A stretch of 64,000 nt of DNA, taken from positions 19,344,001 through 19,408,000 of the forward strand of contig NC_135254.1 of the NCBI RefSeq assembly GCF_964204865.1, read 5' to 3'. Below the pieces are notes generated by a model. The model did no database searches. It was not told the DNA's origin and saw only the letters and a list, made by a program, of their open reading frames with translations. The position numbers and the translations under genes were made by a program. Below are positions 1-12,760 of this stretch, piece after piece. Within the stretch, counting starts at the first letter, position 1. Every line of letters starts with the position of its first letter. This stretch comes from Styela clava (Eukaryota).

Positions 1-158
1 TTAATTAAAAGGGTTTAGTATTTAAATTGAGTAAAGTACGTTTAACTTACTCAGGAATATTAATCGGAAAGTAACAATTTTAACATTATTCTGGGGCTCC
101 GTGAATAATAGTCAACCTTTTCAAGGGCTCCGCAACACCAAAAGTTTGAGAACCCCTG
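1..158. mobile_element. Right end of a non-autonomous hAT-type DNA transposon (truncated by window edge)
   Basis: It ends ...AAAAGTTTGAGAACCCCTG at 158, with repeated GGGCTCCG subterminal motifs, like the termini of the other hAT MITEs here. Confidence 0.6.
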
Positions 159-256
159 CAGTAGGGGATAATTCAGTACCAGAGGATTGCTGGCGGCTTC
201 CTCCCATCATCCATACCCTAAGCTAGCGCTTCCCAAACTTTTTTCGCCACGGAATA

Positions 257-560
257 TTAATACTTTTTATGATGTAATTTCAGTTTTTTCTCTACTTTCG
301 CTTGAGGCACATAATATGCAGCACTTACGCCAAATGGATTTTCCGAACCGTCAGTAAATACGTACATAGTCTCGATAGTTTTCGTGTATATGGTCAGGAA
401 ATGACGTTTGAAGTATTGTAGGTGAACATGTTGTATCATAAATCGTTAACGATGTATCTTGAGGAATCGGTAAAAAAGCTGTTGGTTGTTTTCATAATAA
501 ACGTTGCAAATGACGGTTTGTCAGAGAAATATTCTTCCCACGACTGTTTGAATAATTGTG
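257..560 (-). mobile_element. Decayed RNase H fragment of a non-LTR retrotransposon (LINE)
   Basis: ORF 257-439 contains YVFTDGSENPFGVSAAYYVP, matching the LINE RNase H first catalytic motif (hYTDGS...GxAhh). The surrounding frame is broken. Confidence 0.6.
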
Positions 561-619
561 CTGTAATTTATAGGAAGACTTTTTAATGCAACCAAACATT
601 GTGATTGGATTACAGCCAG

Positions 620-812
620 TTTCCGCAATATAGTCGTTGTTCTTATTGTTCCTGTTCTTGTTCTTTGACACGTTTTTAAAAAGTCGCGTTTCTCTTTGAT
701 TACTGGACCAATTGCTTTGAAATTTTCAGTAGTTGAAGATGGAATTTTTTTCTAGAAGGCTATTAGTTTTATTAATTGTGTCTATATATTTGAGCATAGC
801 TCTCTTGTTTAT
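620..812 (-). repeat. Dispersed repeat (AACAAGAGAGCTATG family), copy 1
   Basis: The reverse complement matches 9847-10120 (AACAAGAGAGCTATG...AATAGCCTTCT...CTGAAAATT..AAAGCAATTGGTCCAGTAATCAAAG). A partial copy lies at about 4515-4590. Confidence 0.75.
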
Positions 813-1440
813 GATCTAATCCCTTCAATATTTGTATACTGTAAGTAAACAATTACTTTCGACTGTGACCACTTGTAACACAAACATTTGTTTAATTTAT
901 GTGTTTATTATCACAGCTGAGTCCTATGAAAATGGCAACACGAAGATCGTGTTTGCATCGGATTATTCAACATTTATCCTGACTGTTGATTGTAATAAAT
1001 TTGAAGGTAATTTTTGAAGTGTAACAAGTGCAGGAAACAAATTAACTTTTAATTTGCATACAACCGCAAGTTTAGGAACTTGGGCGAAGATCTTATTTAT
1101 TAAGTAACCGCTTCAGGAAACATCAAGCGCATTAAATAAAATAAAACTATAATACTTTTTCAGCACAAAATAAATGATGCCATAATCATATAAAATGAAA
1201 TAACTCCAAAGTGTGTAAAATAAGGTCTCAAAACTGAAACCGTGGCGCCGTGATTAGTTCATACCAATATTCACTATAATAATTATTTTCGAAATACAAC
1301 GCTATTTATAACATAGTCTCAAATTTTTCAGGTATTCAGATGAATCGGAGTGTATACACCAACTTCATATATCCAACAGCGAAAGATCTTCTTGGCGCCA
1401 GGAATACTTTAATTGATTTGAATGTGACATCACCTCTAAG

Positions 1441-2842
1441 CAGCGCCGGATTAACCATTAAACAATATAAGCACGTGCTTAGGGCACCAAGCAAAGAGGG
1501 GCATCACAGAAATTTTAGAGCAGAATTTTATATAGTTTATCGGTATTTATTAAAATATTACGAGTTCACCGTTCGCTTATTTTTTGTCTTCAAGTATTAT
1601 ATTAACTTTCTTTACTGAAAATAAACACTGAAACTTATTTATTGGACACGAAATGGGCCTATGAGTCGTTTTCTTAAATTGTTGTAGTTTTTTCTTTCTA
1701 GTATTCACCTTGTTGCTGCATTTTTATTTTGAAAAAATTTCTATTCACTTCAACAATTGGACCAATGAACTATTTACACTATGTGGCGGTTCCACGATCG
1801 CATTTCAACGATATATTCGTCAGCAAAGTCGGGAATTTCTTGATAAGGTAGACCAGGGTGGTCCAAACTCTGTGATGCTGATACATTCAGTGCGGCTCAC
1901 AGAACAATTTTAGCGTATATTTGTATCTAATGGAGTAAAGTTTTTGAGTTTTTTTTTAGATGGGGTTGGGATACCGAAATTCGAACCCTTTTTCTAACGC
2001 TTTGTGCCTTTATTTTAGAAAAAACACTCGCGTCGGCTATGTGACAGTAGTGACGAAACGCAGAGCCGACTTAACGCCGCGTAATCCAGTTTTTTTAGCT
2101 AGGTCCCAAAAACCAACTTAGACTGACTTGGTTGGTATTTGACGATGTCACTAAGCTTGCTCACGCTGCAAGTTTTTAAATTAATCAATATAACAATTCG
2201 TAATAAAATGAGTGTCGCAAGAAAGGTGACATATGAGAACACGGCGAAAATATATTTCCTTGCCCATCACGCAGTGTCTGGTTTGATTTCAAGTCTGTCC
2301 CGTAATATCTGTCCCGAAAGAATATAATTTGAAGCGACATTAAACGCGAGATGCGCAAAATACAACGGTAATTCTCGGGAATTAACTTTAAAATAACTGA
2401 AGGCTTTATATATCTTCTTTAAACGAACGCCACCCACAGGTACCGGTGAAATACAAAATACAAAAACCGGTAAACTACAGTTGTGACTTGTATCCTTTGG
2501 TATGTCGATTCACGTTGAGACTGGAGGCATGAATTTTTATTGTCACACTCCCTCAGGAATAAATTTAAAGTTCGACCGATATATCGGCCCGATATTGCGT
2601 GTTTGCATATATATAATATCGGCAATAAACGGCAGATATATATATCGGCTATATATAACAGTTAAAAAACTTAATAATAATGTTAATAATGTTCGTAAAA
2701 GTTGTTTTATTTACTGTTGGTTTTGATTATTTTCAATGGATAATACACTTATGTGGTTTATTGTTTTTATAATTAAATTACACATGAGGGGGCACCAAAG
2801 TCTTCAGTGCTTAGGGAACCAAAGAGGCTTAATCCGCCCCTG
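1441..2842. mobile_element. Non-autonomous hAT-superfamily DNA transposon, 1.4 kb
   Basis: Imperfect TIRs CAGCGCCGGATTAA / TTAATCCGCCCCTG, subterminal GTGCTTAGGG and GGGGGCA motifs at both ends, and an 8-bp TSD CCTCTAAG (1433-1440) / CCTCTAGG (2843-2850). Confidence 0.8.
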
Positions 2843-3099
2843 CCTCTAGGTATTTCTCAATGCTCAGATGTTGCTGTTGAAACCGATATCTCAACAAAAT
2901 AATGCCACGGCCCAAAATTAGATTGTTTGGCTTATATATATTATTAGACACTCATACCTATTAACGATACGAAAGAATATTCAGACGCATACTATATTGA
3001 ATATTCACCAATTTCAGTGTTCGTTCGATATACCGTGCAGTGTTTGGAATACTCCCCATATTTACCATCAAATCTTTCTATCTAGTACTTTTGCACCCT

Positions 3100-4330
3100 A
3101 TTTGGAATGGGGGTTATATACAGTCCAATACCGTCGTTAAATGGGTTATTAGAGCTGCTATTAAGTTCGCCAGAAGACCTTCACAATAGTATTCTTAAAA
3201 TATGTCAAACCCTGACTGTTGTATTGAAAACAATATTCATTTTTTCAATGTCAAAGTTATCTCAATCATGTCAAAGTTATCTTCGAAAAGAAATTGAATA
3301 TATAAAACACAATTCGACACATTTGCTTGCGAAGCCGCCCCCTACTTCTGTCGGCTCTAATGTTTAACCCAGCATGCTGTACGTAACAGAAACGGACAGC
3401 GCATGAATTTTATGAATCCGTCGTCGCCCAATGCACAAACTCATCAATTCTCCTATGGGAATGGCAGTAATAACAAAGTCGATCACTCCAATCACCAATC
3501 TTTATCCAATGCTACAACGTCCTGCTGGTACTATTAGCGTTATGGGAATTCAGCACGCGACTGCGTCCAGCCGGTTACCTTTTGCAAACGAGGTTATTTT
3601 TTCTGCCTGACTAGTAAAGACCATCACAGCGACATATAAATTTAGTTTGTAAGTTTCATTCCAGTTCTTCAAACACAAACGTTCTCTAGCTATTTGATAG
3701 AAAAGGCGGTCGAACATTTCCTTTTGATACAGGAGCAACAGTTTCTTTAATCCCTCACATTTGAAAGTTGTAACGTTCTCGACCAACGATACACCAATAA
3801 CATGGTAGGGTCAAAAAGTCTTTCAATAACTCTTTCAATATATGAAACTATCACAAATTTTTTCATTTTCTAAATAGCACGTGTTACGCAACCAACATTA
3901 GGAGCTGATTTTTTGTCAGAACACGATCTTTTGGTCGACTTACGCAACTCACGCCTCTTCAGCCCAAACTCTAATACCCCCATATTTGGTATGGAATTCT
4001 CTGTCAGAACAATAAATCAATAGCAAACTTCATTCATTTCTTTCAACTTCATGTATTGCCCTGACAGATTGTAGAGCGAAACATAACACGATCCACCGTA
4101 ATATTACAACCGGGCAACCAGTGCATTCTAAAGCTACACCTTTCCCGCTCTATTTACGTCAAAAAGTCAGGGACCAACTTAAAAACTTATAAAAATTTTG
4201 AGAAACAGCTCCTTCCGCTTCCTCTTATTCGTCTCCCAAAGATTGTACCAAAAAAGGTTAGCGATGAGGTGCGAATTTGCGTTGACTATAGAGCTCCATA
4301 AAATCATACGATTACACACAGATAATCAAT
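3100..4330 (+). mobile_element. Decayed Ty3/Gypsy LTR retrotransposon gag-pol fragment (CsRn1-like)
   Basis: Collinear remnants: Gag knuckle CWYY*RYGNSARDCVQP (3523), protease FDTGATVSLIP (DTG at 3726) and TQPTLGADFLSEHDLLVDLRNSRL (~3885-3955), linker HNTIHRNITTGQPVHSK (~4082), and RT start VPKKVSDEVRICVDYRA (~4245-4295). Stops and frameshifts lie between them. Confidence 0.85.
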
Positions 4331-6869
4331 TTCTCACTAGGGATGGCGGAATCGAGTCTGAATTCGATTACAGAATCGATTCTCCGCGGAATCAACTAGA
4401 ATTGGAAAACTACCTGTACCAGTCGTCCCGATGTCATAAAACCGTGTTCCCGTAAATAAAATTATACAGCGCAATTTGGATGAAATATCAGATCTCACAG
4501 AAAACTAAGAAACAAATAAAAGCAATAGCCTTCTAGCAAAATAGAATCTTTAACCACTGAAAATTTCAAAGCAATTGGCCCGTTAGCAAATGACAATTTG
4601 CAAGCGATTTTCTGTGCAAGCGTACCAACCAGATGCGAAAACAAGTTTTATATGGAATGGTGGGGAGAGTACCACTTCAGTGCTGCTGAATTGTATTCAT
4701 CTCGAAGTTTTCCAGAACCATTGGAAAAGTCTTTTCAAATTGCTTCTTTATTCTATTCGTCTAGTTTGATTCGTAAAAAAAAAATTAAAATAAACTAACA
4801 CCATACACATGATACATGTACAAATATATCCGAATAAATAAGACAGATATCGAAAATAGGAAAAACCTCATTTCCTACCCAGCGCGATATTGATAGATTT
4901 GCTTGCGTGTTTATTCATAGCTTATTTGCAACAGAGCACACTACTTTGGATAGATACCTGGTACCTTTCATTTCAATCCTCAGGTGAGGTATATTCATAA
5001 CGTGCCTATGATAAAGTCATAAATATAACCTCGAAGACGGTGTGCAATATATATGATTTGAAAATCTACTATTATTCTGGGTGCTTTATTGAAAGCTAAA
5101 TTTATCATAGCCGTATAACACATAAACACTTGTGGTTAGCATCTGGTTTAAATCGTGGCGTAAAATTATAATCAAGTATGCATGTAAAATATTTCTTTGT
5201 CCTTTCCTTTTCCCAAATTCTTCAATCTGTTATATGTAAATGACCGTACGTCTAATAGCATTGTACAAAGGGTCCAACTCATACTATCCCACATGTCAGA
5301 TATTTACTAGTTTGGGTAGCTGGTTTTGTTTATATAAAAAATACCGATAAATCGATATATTCATTTAATTTTAATATGATTTTGATTGGTAAATACACTA
5401 TTTTGATAAGGTAAACCCACGATTCAATTCATCTGAAACACATAGGCTACTTAGTAAAATACAGTTGCCCAGTGGTATTTTTCTTCGATGAACGTATAAT
5501 GAGCTACAACTCCACTCAAACGCAGTCTACTGCTCGATTACCAACACCAATGCGTGTGTTACGTTATTTTGAAATTTCTTTGCATCTTAAAAAAATATTA
5601 TCCGTGCTATATGATTTCCTAAAGTATCAAAATTATCATTTAAAAACTGTAACTTAAAATAATCATAGTCACGAATAATTCATTCAATCAATCAAATCGT
5701 TTTTTATTAGCCATCCATGCAAGCAAACGGGCACAACAAAGTTAACACAAAATTGAAAATATTTATATACATATTCATGACTTTGCCCAGAATGGACAGG
5801 ATAACGGCGAAATGACCATTCGATCCCCCTGTCAGCGGCTACCTTGGTTAGGTAATTATGCTTACGGTAATTCTGTATTCCCTACTATAACTTATTGTCT
5901 TCAAAACTGTGCCGATGATGCATCAGCAACTGTGTTGTCGGTTTATGTATATTAGCAACGACCGGAAAATAAATTTAAATATCCGCCTGTAACAATTTGA
6001 TGACAACACGAAGGAACCCACGTCTTAATCAACTTCCCTATAGGTGTCTCCCTAATAACCCTAACCCGTGTCATTGCATTTTGTGAAAATATCCGATTGT
6101 TTCGTCAGCGCGACGTGTTATTCAGGCCCTAAACACCTTTGCGCCCGTATTTATCAGGGCTACCGCTTCTGTCTGAATAAAAACATGAAGATTGACATCT
6201 AAAAGTATCTAGATTGAAAAACAAAACATCCAAAAATATGTCTAAATATGAAGTGGAAGTTGAATTTAATAAAACTAAACAAAACAAAAGAGCACAAATA
6301 GTTTCTGCTGTACATATCTTTTGAAATCGAAACAGGTGCCCGCAACATTGTTTATTTGAGATTGGGTGAAATTTAATGTTGACTAGTATTGCATTCAGAG
6401 AATCTGTATTGCACCAAATTTTTTTCAACGTCAGCATGTAATTAAATAGCGTAGTAACATTGCTGGCTCACATTGCTGCTGCTGTGTTATTGTTCCACTT
6501 TCTAACTTTACAAGATTGATGTTTTGTAGTTGACTTCTGCCCTGCCGATATTTATCAGAGAAAGGCAGACAATCTGTACTTTGGAGCAAGTTATTTTTGA
6601 GCAGCATCGGAAATCCTCCGGACAATTACACACTGGAGAAATATTGTGCATGGTATGGGTGTTGGTGGATTTTTGCATCTTCTGTTCAAAGAGCCCAGGA
6701 ATTGGTTATTTTGGCAGATAATAACATTTCCTTTATCTGAAAAAAATGGCGAGGCTTTTAACCGCACTTCTGCCACGTGATAAATTCGATCTCGTTTATT
6801 GTTAAATTGCTAGGACAAACTGTTGAGGTCATAATGAGTCTCAAAATTAGAAAAAAAGACTTTATATAA

Positions 6870-7637
6870 CAGTGGTTCTTAAAGTATGGGTCGCGACCCA
6901 AACATGGGTCGCGAAGGTTCTCAAAATGGGTCGCGCCAAGTTCGCCAATGCAAGGTCGATCCAAGAGAAGGTGGCCGAATCTTTCAGCTAGTCTAATGTA
7001 TCAATTTACTTTCATAACTTTTGGTATTTAAAAACTATGAAGTATAAAATCTCATTCGAGGAAAGAACTGTTTTGAGCCCATTGTTACATCACAATTTAT
7101 ACCAGTCACGTGTCTTGTTTTATGGTGTAGGTCGGTAACCATTTACTGCGAACGAAGCACTGTGTGCACATTTGATGAGTAAAAAGTTGCGAGAGAGACC
7201 GAAAGCCTAGCATGGCATGTTTGCGTCGGACAGCGATATAATTACTGTAATTGGAACCGAAGCCAATAATTAGAAATGACGCAACAACTTTCTGCTACCA
7301 TTCGAGAGTCGAGACTACGTACCTATTTTTGGATTTACAAGGATTTTTGGCACTGATGGTCATTAAAACCAAGGCTCGCAATCGCCTCGATTGGAGTGAC
7401 AACTTGCGCATTGCCTTAATAAAATATAGCCGTGTATTGAAGATATAATAAAAAAGTAATTTCAGTTTCATCAATCAAACTGAGTCAGTGGACAGTTTCT
7501 AATAAAAATTATTGTCTGTATTTGATTCAAAAAGTACTAGCATTAAAAATACATTTTTTGTGATGTTGAGGATTGGGTCGCGAGTATTCACAAAATTTCT
7601 GATTTGGGTCGCGCTCAAAGAAGTTTAAGAACCACTT
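6870..7637 (+). mobile_element. Internally deleted hAT (Buster/Charlie-type) transposon
   Basis: TIRs CAGTGGTTCTTAAA / TTTAAGAACCACTT, repeated GGGTCGCG subterminal motifs, TSD TTATATAA/TTATATAG. The internal remnant TTYL..GFLALMVIKTKARNRLDWSDNLRIAL (ORF 7251-7448) matches the hAT C-terminal dimerisation domain. Confidence 0.85.
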
Positions 7638-8581
7638 TTATATAGCTTGGATGATGCTCTTGATGATATATACTCATCTGAGAAATTCTTCGGAAAACCC
7701 TTGCTATTAAAAAAAATCGGCCAAGACAAGATTGCTTCAGAGATGTTAGGACTACGTGCAAATAAACAAATGTTATCGGCCATGACTGAGGAAAAGTCGA
7801 ATACGGGTAGTTTAGATTACTCTAAAAGAAATTGTAGTTACCCAAACAAGAAATCCAATGACAACAGCACCAAATTCATGAACGATGATGGACCGCCAAA
7901 ACACAATTCTTCCGCCCAGCGACCAGATGAGAATCCTTATCCACCCACTAAAGGCACAAATAGGTAAATCAAACTTGAAACCGGGAGATCGTAAGATTAC
8001 TTATCAAAACAGAATCTAACATGCTTGCTGGCATTATAGGATTAAGCATAAGATTTTCGAAAAAAAGGTCGATCGGGCACATGTTGATACCATAGATTTC
8101 AAACGGAAAATTTTTTTTTTATGGGGATAAATATGTTGTAATCGACCAACAAGATTTTAAACCTAATCAAGTCAGCCATAAAATTACAGGTAAATCTGCG
8201 AGTGAGTTAGCTAATTTTGTAAAAAAAAACGAAGTATCTAACACCAAACTGCCAATAAATAAATACGACGTCAACGATGCTGGCTATTTGAATTCTCTAG
8301 CAAACGAAAAATGGGATACCTCAATGACTCTTTAAACTTAGCTCACGAGGTTTGTAGCCTCAATAGTTCTCAAATGTTTTTAAACAGAGTTCAACTACGG
8401 AGTGTGTTTTAAAAACACTGTAACGAAATTTTAAATCCAACACTCCACTTATGCGCAGTTTGCTCATATTAAGGTACTAAACACGAACCATAAGAAAATT
8501 CGTCCTAATCATAAATACAGTATACCATCGACGAAATAAATATTCTTCAAATATACGCCGGGCAAAAGATAACCCCTCATC

Positions 8582-9084
8582 CAGTGATTTTCCGCGGAAC
8601 ATTGGTATTCCGTGAAAAACCTTCAGGTGTTCCGCGTCAAATTTTTGTTTCCTGGTTGAAAATTGTATGATATAAAATATAGGAATTCAGAATCAACGAT
8701 CAATCATTTGGTTTTAAGATGAGTTTGACACTCTGACAGAATAAAAAAAATTTAATCATCGAAGCGAGCCAAGATAATATATTGAAATGTCACAACTATT
8801 TCTAGCTTTATATATACAGCACGTCTTAGATAATTCTCTTTGATATTTCGACGTCTAGTTCAGCGTTTGAGTTTGAAAAAGCTCTATTTGTAATCTCTGC
8901 ATCCTTGTATTTGCTAGGTCTTTTTCCATTTCTTTGCTATTCCTACACTGATACAAAAATAAAATGATTATTCGTTAATTAGATCGATTATTTCCAAAAA
9001 ATTTGAAATTTTCCTGTAATGTTCCGCAAAAAATTATAAAAGTAAATAGCGTTCCGCGATTTCAAAAACGGTCGGGAATCACTA
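8582..9084. mobile_element. Degenerate hAT-type MITE
   Basis: CAGTGATT... and ...GGGAATCACTA termini, with repeated GTTCCGCG subterminal motifs near both ends. Confidence 0.55.
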
Positions 9085-9846
9085 ATCTGAAACGTGTAAT
9101 GTTTTTTTTGTGCAAACAACTTTTTACAGGGTGTCTCAAAATGTCGTTTCCTACTTGACTCACGTGTCCCACTCACCACACATGTCCCACTTATTTCCAT
9201 TATATCGTTATTATTGAAGTGTTTCCGTTTCAACCCAAAAAATGTTTATCCAGAGAAATGATGCATGCGCGGCAATTTTCGTCAGCATTTAATTTTATTA
9301 AAAATCATGCTTTGACTTTAGATGCACGCTTTATTCACCTTTGATTCTGGATTTGGCATAACAATCACAGGAAATGGTTACAAAGACCACGCCATGTGGA
9401 TCGAAATAGACGAGTAATCGTAGATTTGATTTCGTTGATTTGCTTTCGTCGTATCAAATTAATTCAATACCTGGCTGATTGGCGTTGATAAGATGATGTA
9501 ATTTTATCTTCGTAAACAATACAAATGGAACCTATTCGTCAACGCAATATAGATGAAATATTTTGTCTTTGCCCATTTGTATATTTATGATTGGAAAATA
9601 CAGAAAATCGGCGGTTACCAATCTTTGGCGATCTTGTTACATACCGATTCTGCGTGCATAAGAGAAAACCTATTCTCTCAAACACATTTCTATCAATAGA
9701 ATCAGAGATTTTTGTTATCGACCGATTTGAAATTTGCCCAGATCAAATATTTTCAATAATAGTCTTTCATTGTCTCAGTCGATATTTAGGGATACTGGTG
9801 TAATTCATCAAATTTCAATTTCATAATCTTTCAAGATCACAACAAT

Positions 9847-10122
9847 AACAAGAGAGCTATGTGCAAATATATGGACACGTACCGCCACATAGTGGCAAAT
9901 TTTGATGACGTCATAGCACACACAAAAATGTATCCCATGAAATAAATAAAAATAATAGCCTTCTGGCGAAGAATTTAATCTTCAAGCACTGAAAATTCTA
10001 AAGCAATTGGTCCAGTAATCAAAGGGAAAAGCGGCTTTTTCTGTGACAAAGAACAAGAAGAAGAACATAAAAAGAACATTGGTATTAAAACGATCCCAAG
10101 GTCCACTTACCAATGTCCAATA
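9847..10122 (+). repeat. Dispersed repeat (AACAAGAGAGCTATG family), copy 2; possibly Helentron-associated (HINE/DINE-like)
   Basis: Homologous to 620-812 (-). It includes a short AAG/AAC microsatellite near its 3' end. The family assignment is inference. Confidence 0.65.
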
Positions 10123-11198
10123 ATATAAAAATCTAGTTAAAATATATTTCAAGCGTTTTACGTAGTTTGAAACAGTGGTCGGCACTCGGCAACCATCGGG
10201 AAGCAGTGAAACATCATACCGTTAGAGGCAGTATGGCCAGGATATTTGCTTATCTTAAATTTGAACACGGTATAATGAAATGATACAGGTTTACGCAAAA
10301 TGGTCAAATGGAAATTTATCGTTAATCAATATCGAACATTAAAATTCACTTGCGTTATACAGTTGAGTTGCACATTCAAGTTGTAAACGAAGTGTGTTTG
10401 AAGGGCGGTGCGCAAATAAATTTAGTTTCGAACTGGCCCGCTAATTACTGACGCCTGGTTTAAAATAATCGATCGGTACATTACTTTCTGGAACTAACTC
10501 ATCTAACTGCATAAGCGATGCCTGAGTCAAAAAATAACCGATTGATCATTGAACGACATTGTTCAATGGTTGTTTCTATTTGGAATATCTTTATTAGGTA
10601 ATAATCAGGCGTCAGTTTAGCTGTAAAACTGTATTGCATTAGGCACGAAAACTGCCCAGGAAAAGTAGGCTACCATGTTCATAAGTACATGTATTCATTT
10701 TAAAATTTCTTGATTTTGTGCGTAATGAATCACTACAGAATCTGGTGTGTCTAAAAAATGTCGTGTGACACTTGTTCCTTGACAAGTGGGACACAACATT
10801 TTTGAAACACCGCTTTTTACAAGCGCCGGATATCGATCACTAAAATGCGTGAGTGTTGAGCAACCGACATAAGTAAGTTTTTTGTTAGAGTGGGCCACAA
10901 GTAGGATATCATATAATAACTGTTACCCTGCTTTTTGCCCAACCGGTAAGTTAAAATGGCTCGTGCCGCGAATTTAAATATATACTGTATATATAAGTAA
11001 TGGCCTTCTAAGGACCATTTCTATACTAAGTTCTTCCATCGATTGGTCTATTATTCTCGAAGAAATCGTATTTTTTATAACGATAACAATCAACCCACGT
11101 TGTATATTTTTACGTTGTATATTGTATCAGAAATTTTTACGCAGTATTTTATTTCTAGACTACCACTTGGAGATACTTGACATATCCAGAACTCAATT

Positions 11199-12628
11199 TT
11201 ATGTTTTCGAAAGTTGTTTTCTTCCATCCATTACTTTTCTGACCCCTATGGCGATGCCGGTCGAGAAGATGAGAGAAGCGCCAATCAAACTTAAATATGA
11301 AGGGACATCACCAAGAAATGTAACCTGTCAAAATTTTCAAAATTTCAGATTTGTTGTATATACATGTTGCTGTTTTATAGGGGTATGGTGGTAAGACAAA
11401 ATTGTAAATAGAAATTGTTTCGCAGACAGTTCTGTTTAAAATTCAGCATCCTATATCTTCATCTACACAGCAGGGGTGTGCAAACTGCGGCCCGCGGGCC
11501 AAATGCGGCGCACGAGAAAAAATTGTGCAGCCTGCGGAGAAGTGCCAAATTTGAATGGTATGCGGCACGCGAAACGAGTTTTTAATTCGATTTAATCTGG
11601 TCCAAATTCTTATCTATGCCTATGATATTACAATGCCCTAACACCAAGCTCATGCGAAGAAAACAGCGCATGTCACAAGATCAATAACCAAGAATGTCTG
11701 CCTGCAACTACTAGAAAGCCTATGTTAAATAAAGGTGAGGCCCGCGTTTCACCCATTTGGCCCTCCTGTAATAAAGGTTGCACACCCCTGACCTACAGCT
11801 AAAACTGGTTTTATCATGTCGTGATTTACATTGTATAATCTCATATCTTACCTGCATAATGTAGACAAAAACAATCTGGATTGATCGAAGAACGACAATA
11901 ATTCCTGCTCGCTCTCTTTGCAAGGCGATTGTGACAAGAAACTGTCCTAAATTTGCAATTATTCCAAAAGAAAACAACAGGGGTAAATCATTCCAGCACG
12001 GGTAATTGAATTCTCCACCTGCAGCCAAGATTACGAGGCACACGAGTCCACCGCTAAAGCTGTAATATGTGATGTGAAGAGCCGGATGTGTTTCTCGTCC
12101 GAGTTTGCGAACAGCTATGATTGACAAAGCCATGCATAGCGCGGACAACAGTGCAAAAATAACTCCAGACAAATTTGTTTCAGTCTCGTAGCTCACAGTA
12201 AACAAAAATGATGGTCTTACAATGAAAACAACGCCCGTGAGAGCAACAAACGAAAAGATAATTTCGTAGATAGATAAATTCTCCTTTAACAGAGTTCTTG
12301 ACAGAAATGGCACCATAACCATGCCAAGGTACGAAATAGTGATTGCGTTTCCTGCGGTAAGCTTATCTGCTGCTAAATATAAAAACATCATTCCCGATGA
12401 ACCTAGTCATCCTCTAATCCACAGTAGGCTTTTTAGTCCAGTCGGTCCTGTTATATCAATTTCATCATGCTTATACTGCACGAATGGTAAAATTGTCAAA
12501 AACTGCACTACGCAGCGAGTAAGACTTATTTGGACTGGATGCAAATCAATCATCTTCACAAATATTAACATGGTAGCATATAACAAAGCTGAGAGGAGAG
12601 CACAAAAAATGCCGACGAATGAAGTCAT
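11199..12628 (-). pseudogene. SLC35G/EamA (DMT superfamily) transporter copy A with one in-frame TGA (pseudogene, null allele or readthrough gene)
   Basis: Exon 1 is 12628-11852 (777 nt; CAG|GTAAG) and exon 2 is 11324-11199 (VTFLGDVPSY...KQLSKT*), the same lengths as in copy B. ORFs 12407-12628 and 11720-12391 are in one frame, separated only by TGA at 12409-12407 (codon 74). Confidence 0.8.
11471..11790. mobile_element. hAT (Charlie-like) MITE in the SLC35G copy A intron
   Basis: Perfect 13-bp TIR CAGGGGTGTGCAA / TTGCACACCCCTG, with GCGGCCCGCGGGCC subterminal. It is absent from the copy B intron (189 vs 527 nt). A related copy lies at about 40575-40800. Confidence 0.85.
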
Positions 12629-12750
12629 GTTTTTTTCCTTGATAAATATGTGTTTATTTATAGTTCTCTCTCAGGTTTTCAATTTTGACGTGGATTTGCG
12701 TCACGTAAAATCAGACAGATCCGTGCTCTTTTTATTTTTCAAGATAATGG

Positions 12751-12760
12751 TTTTATATAT
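12751..12760 (-). promoter_or_regulatory. Candidate TATA box of SLC35G copy A
   Basis: ATATATAAAA about 125 nt upstream of the ATG, conserved at 16731-16740 in copy B. Confidence 0.4.

Noticed and set aside
6430-6780. Cys-rich - strand fragments (CKNPPTPIPCT, VCNCPEDFRCCSKITC) suggestive of a TNFR-like pseudo-exon
   Set aside because: They need frameshifts, have no supporting exons, and the Cys spacing is not convincing by eye.
7647-7967. 106-aa hydrophilic ORF, possibly a retroelement gag fragment split by the hAT insertion
   Set aside because: No diagnostic motif, TTG start, no splice support.
12407-12409. Selenocysteine at the internal TGA
   Set aside because: The paralogue has Phe, not Cys, at this site, SLC35G is not a known selenoprotein family, and no SECIS was recognisable by eye.
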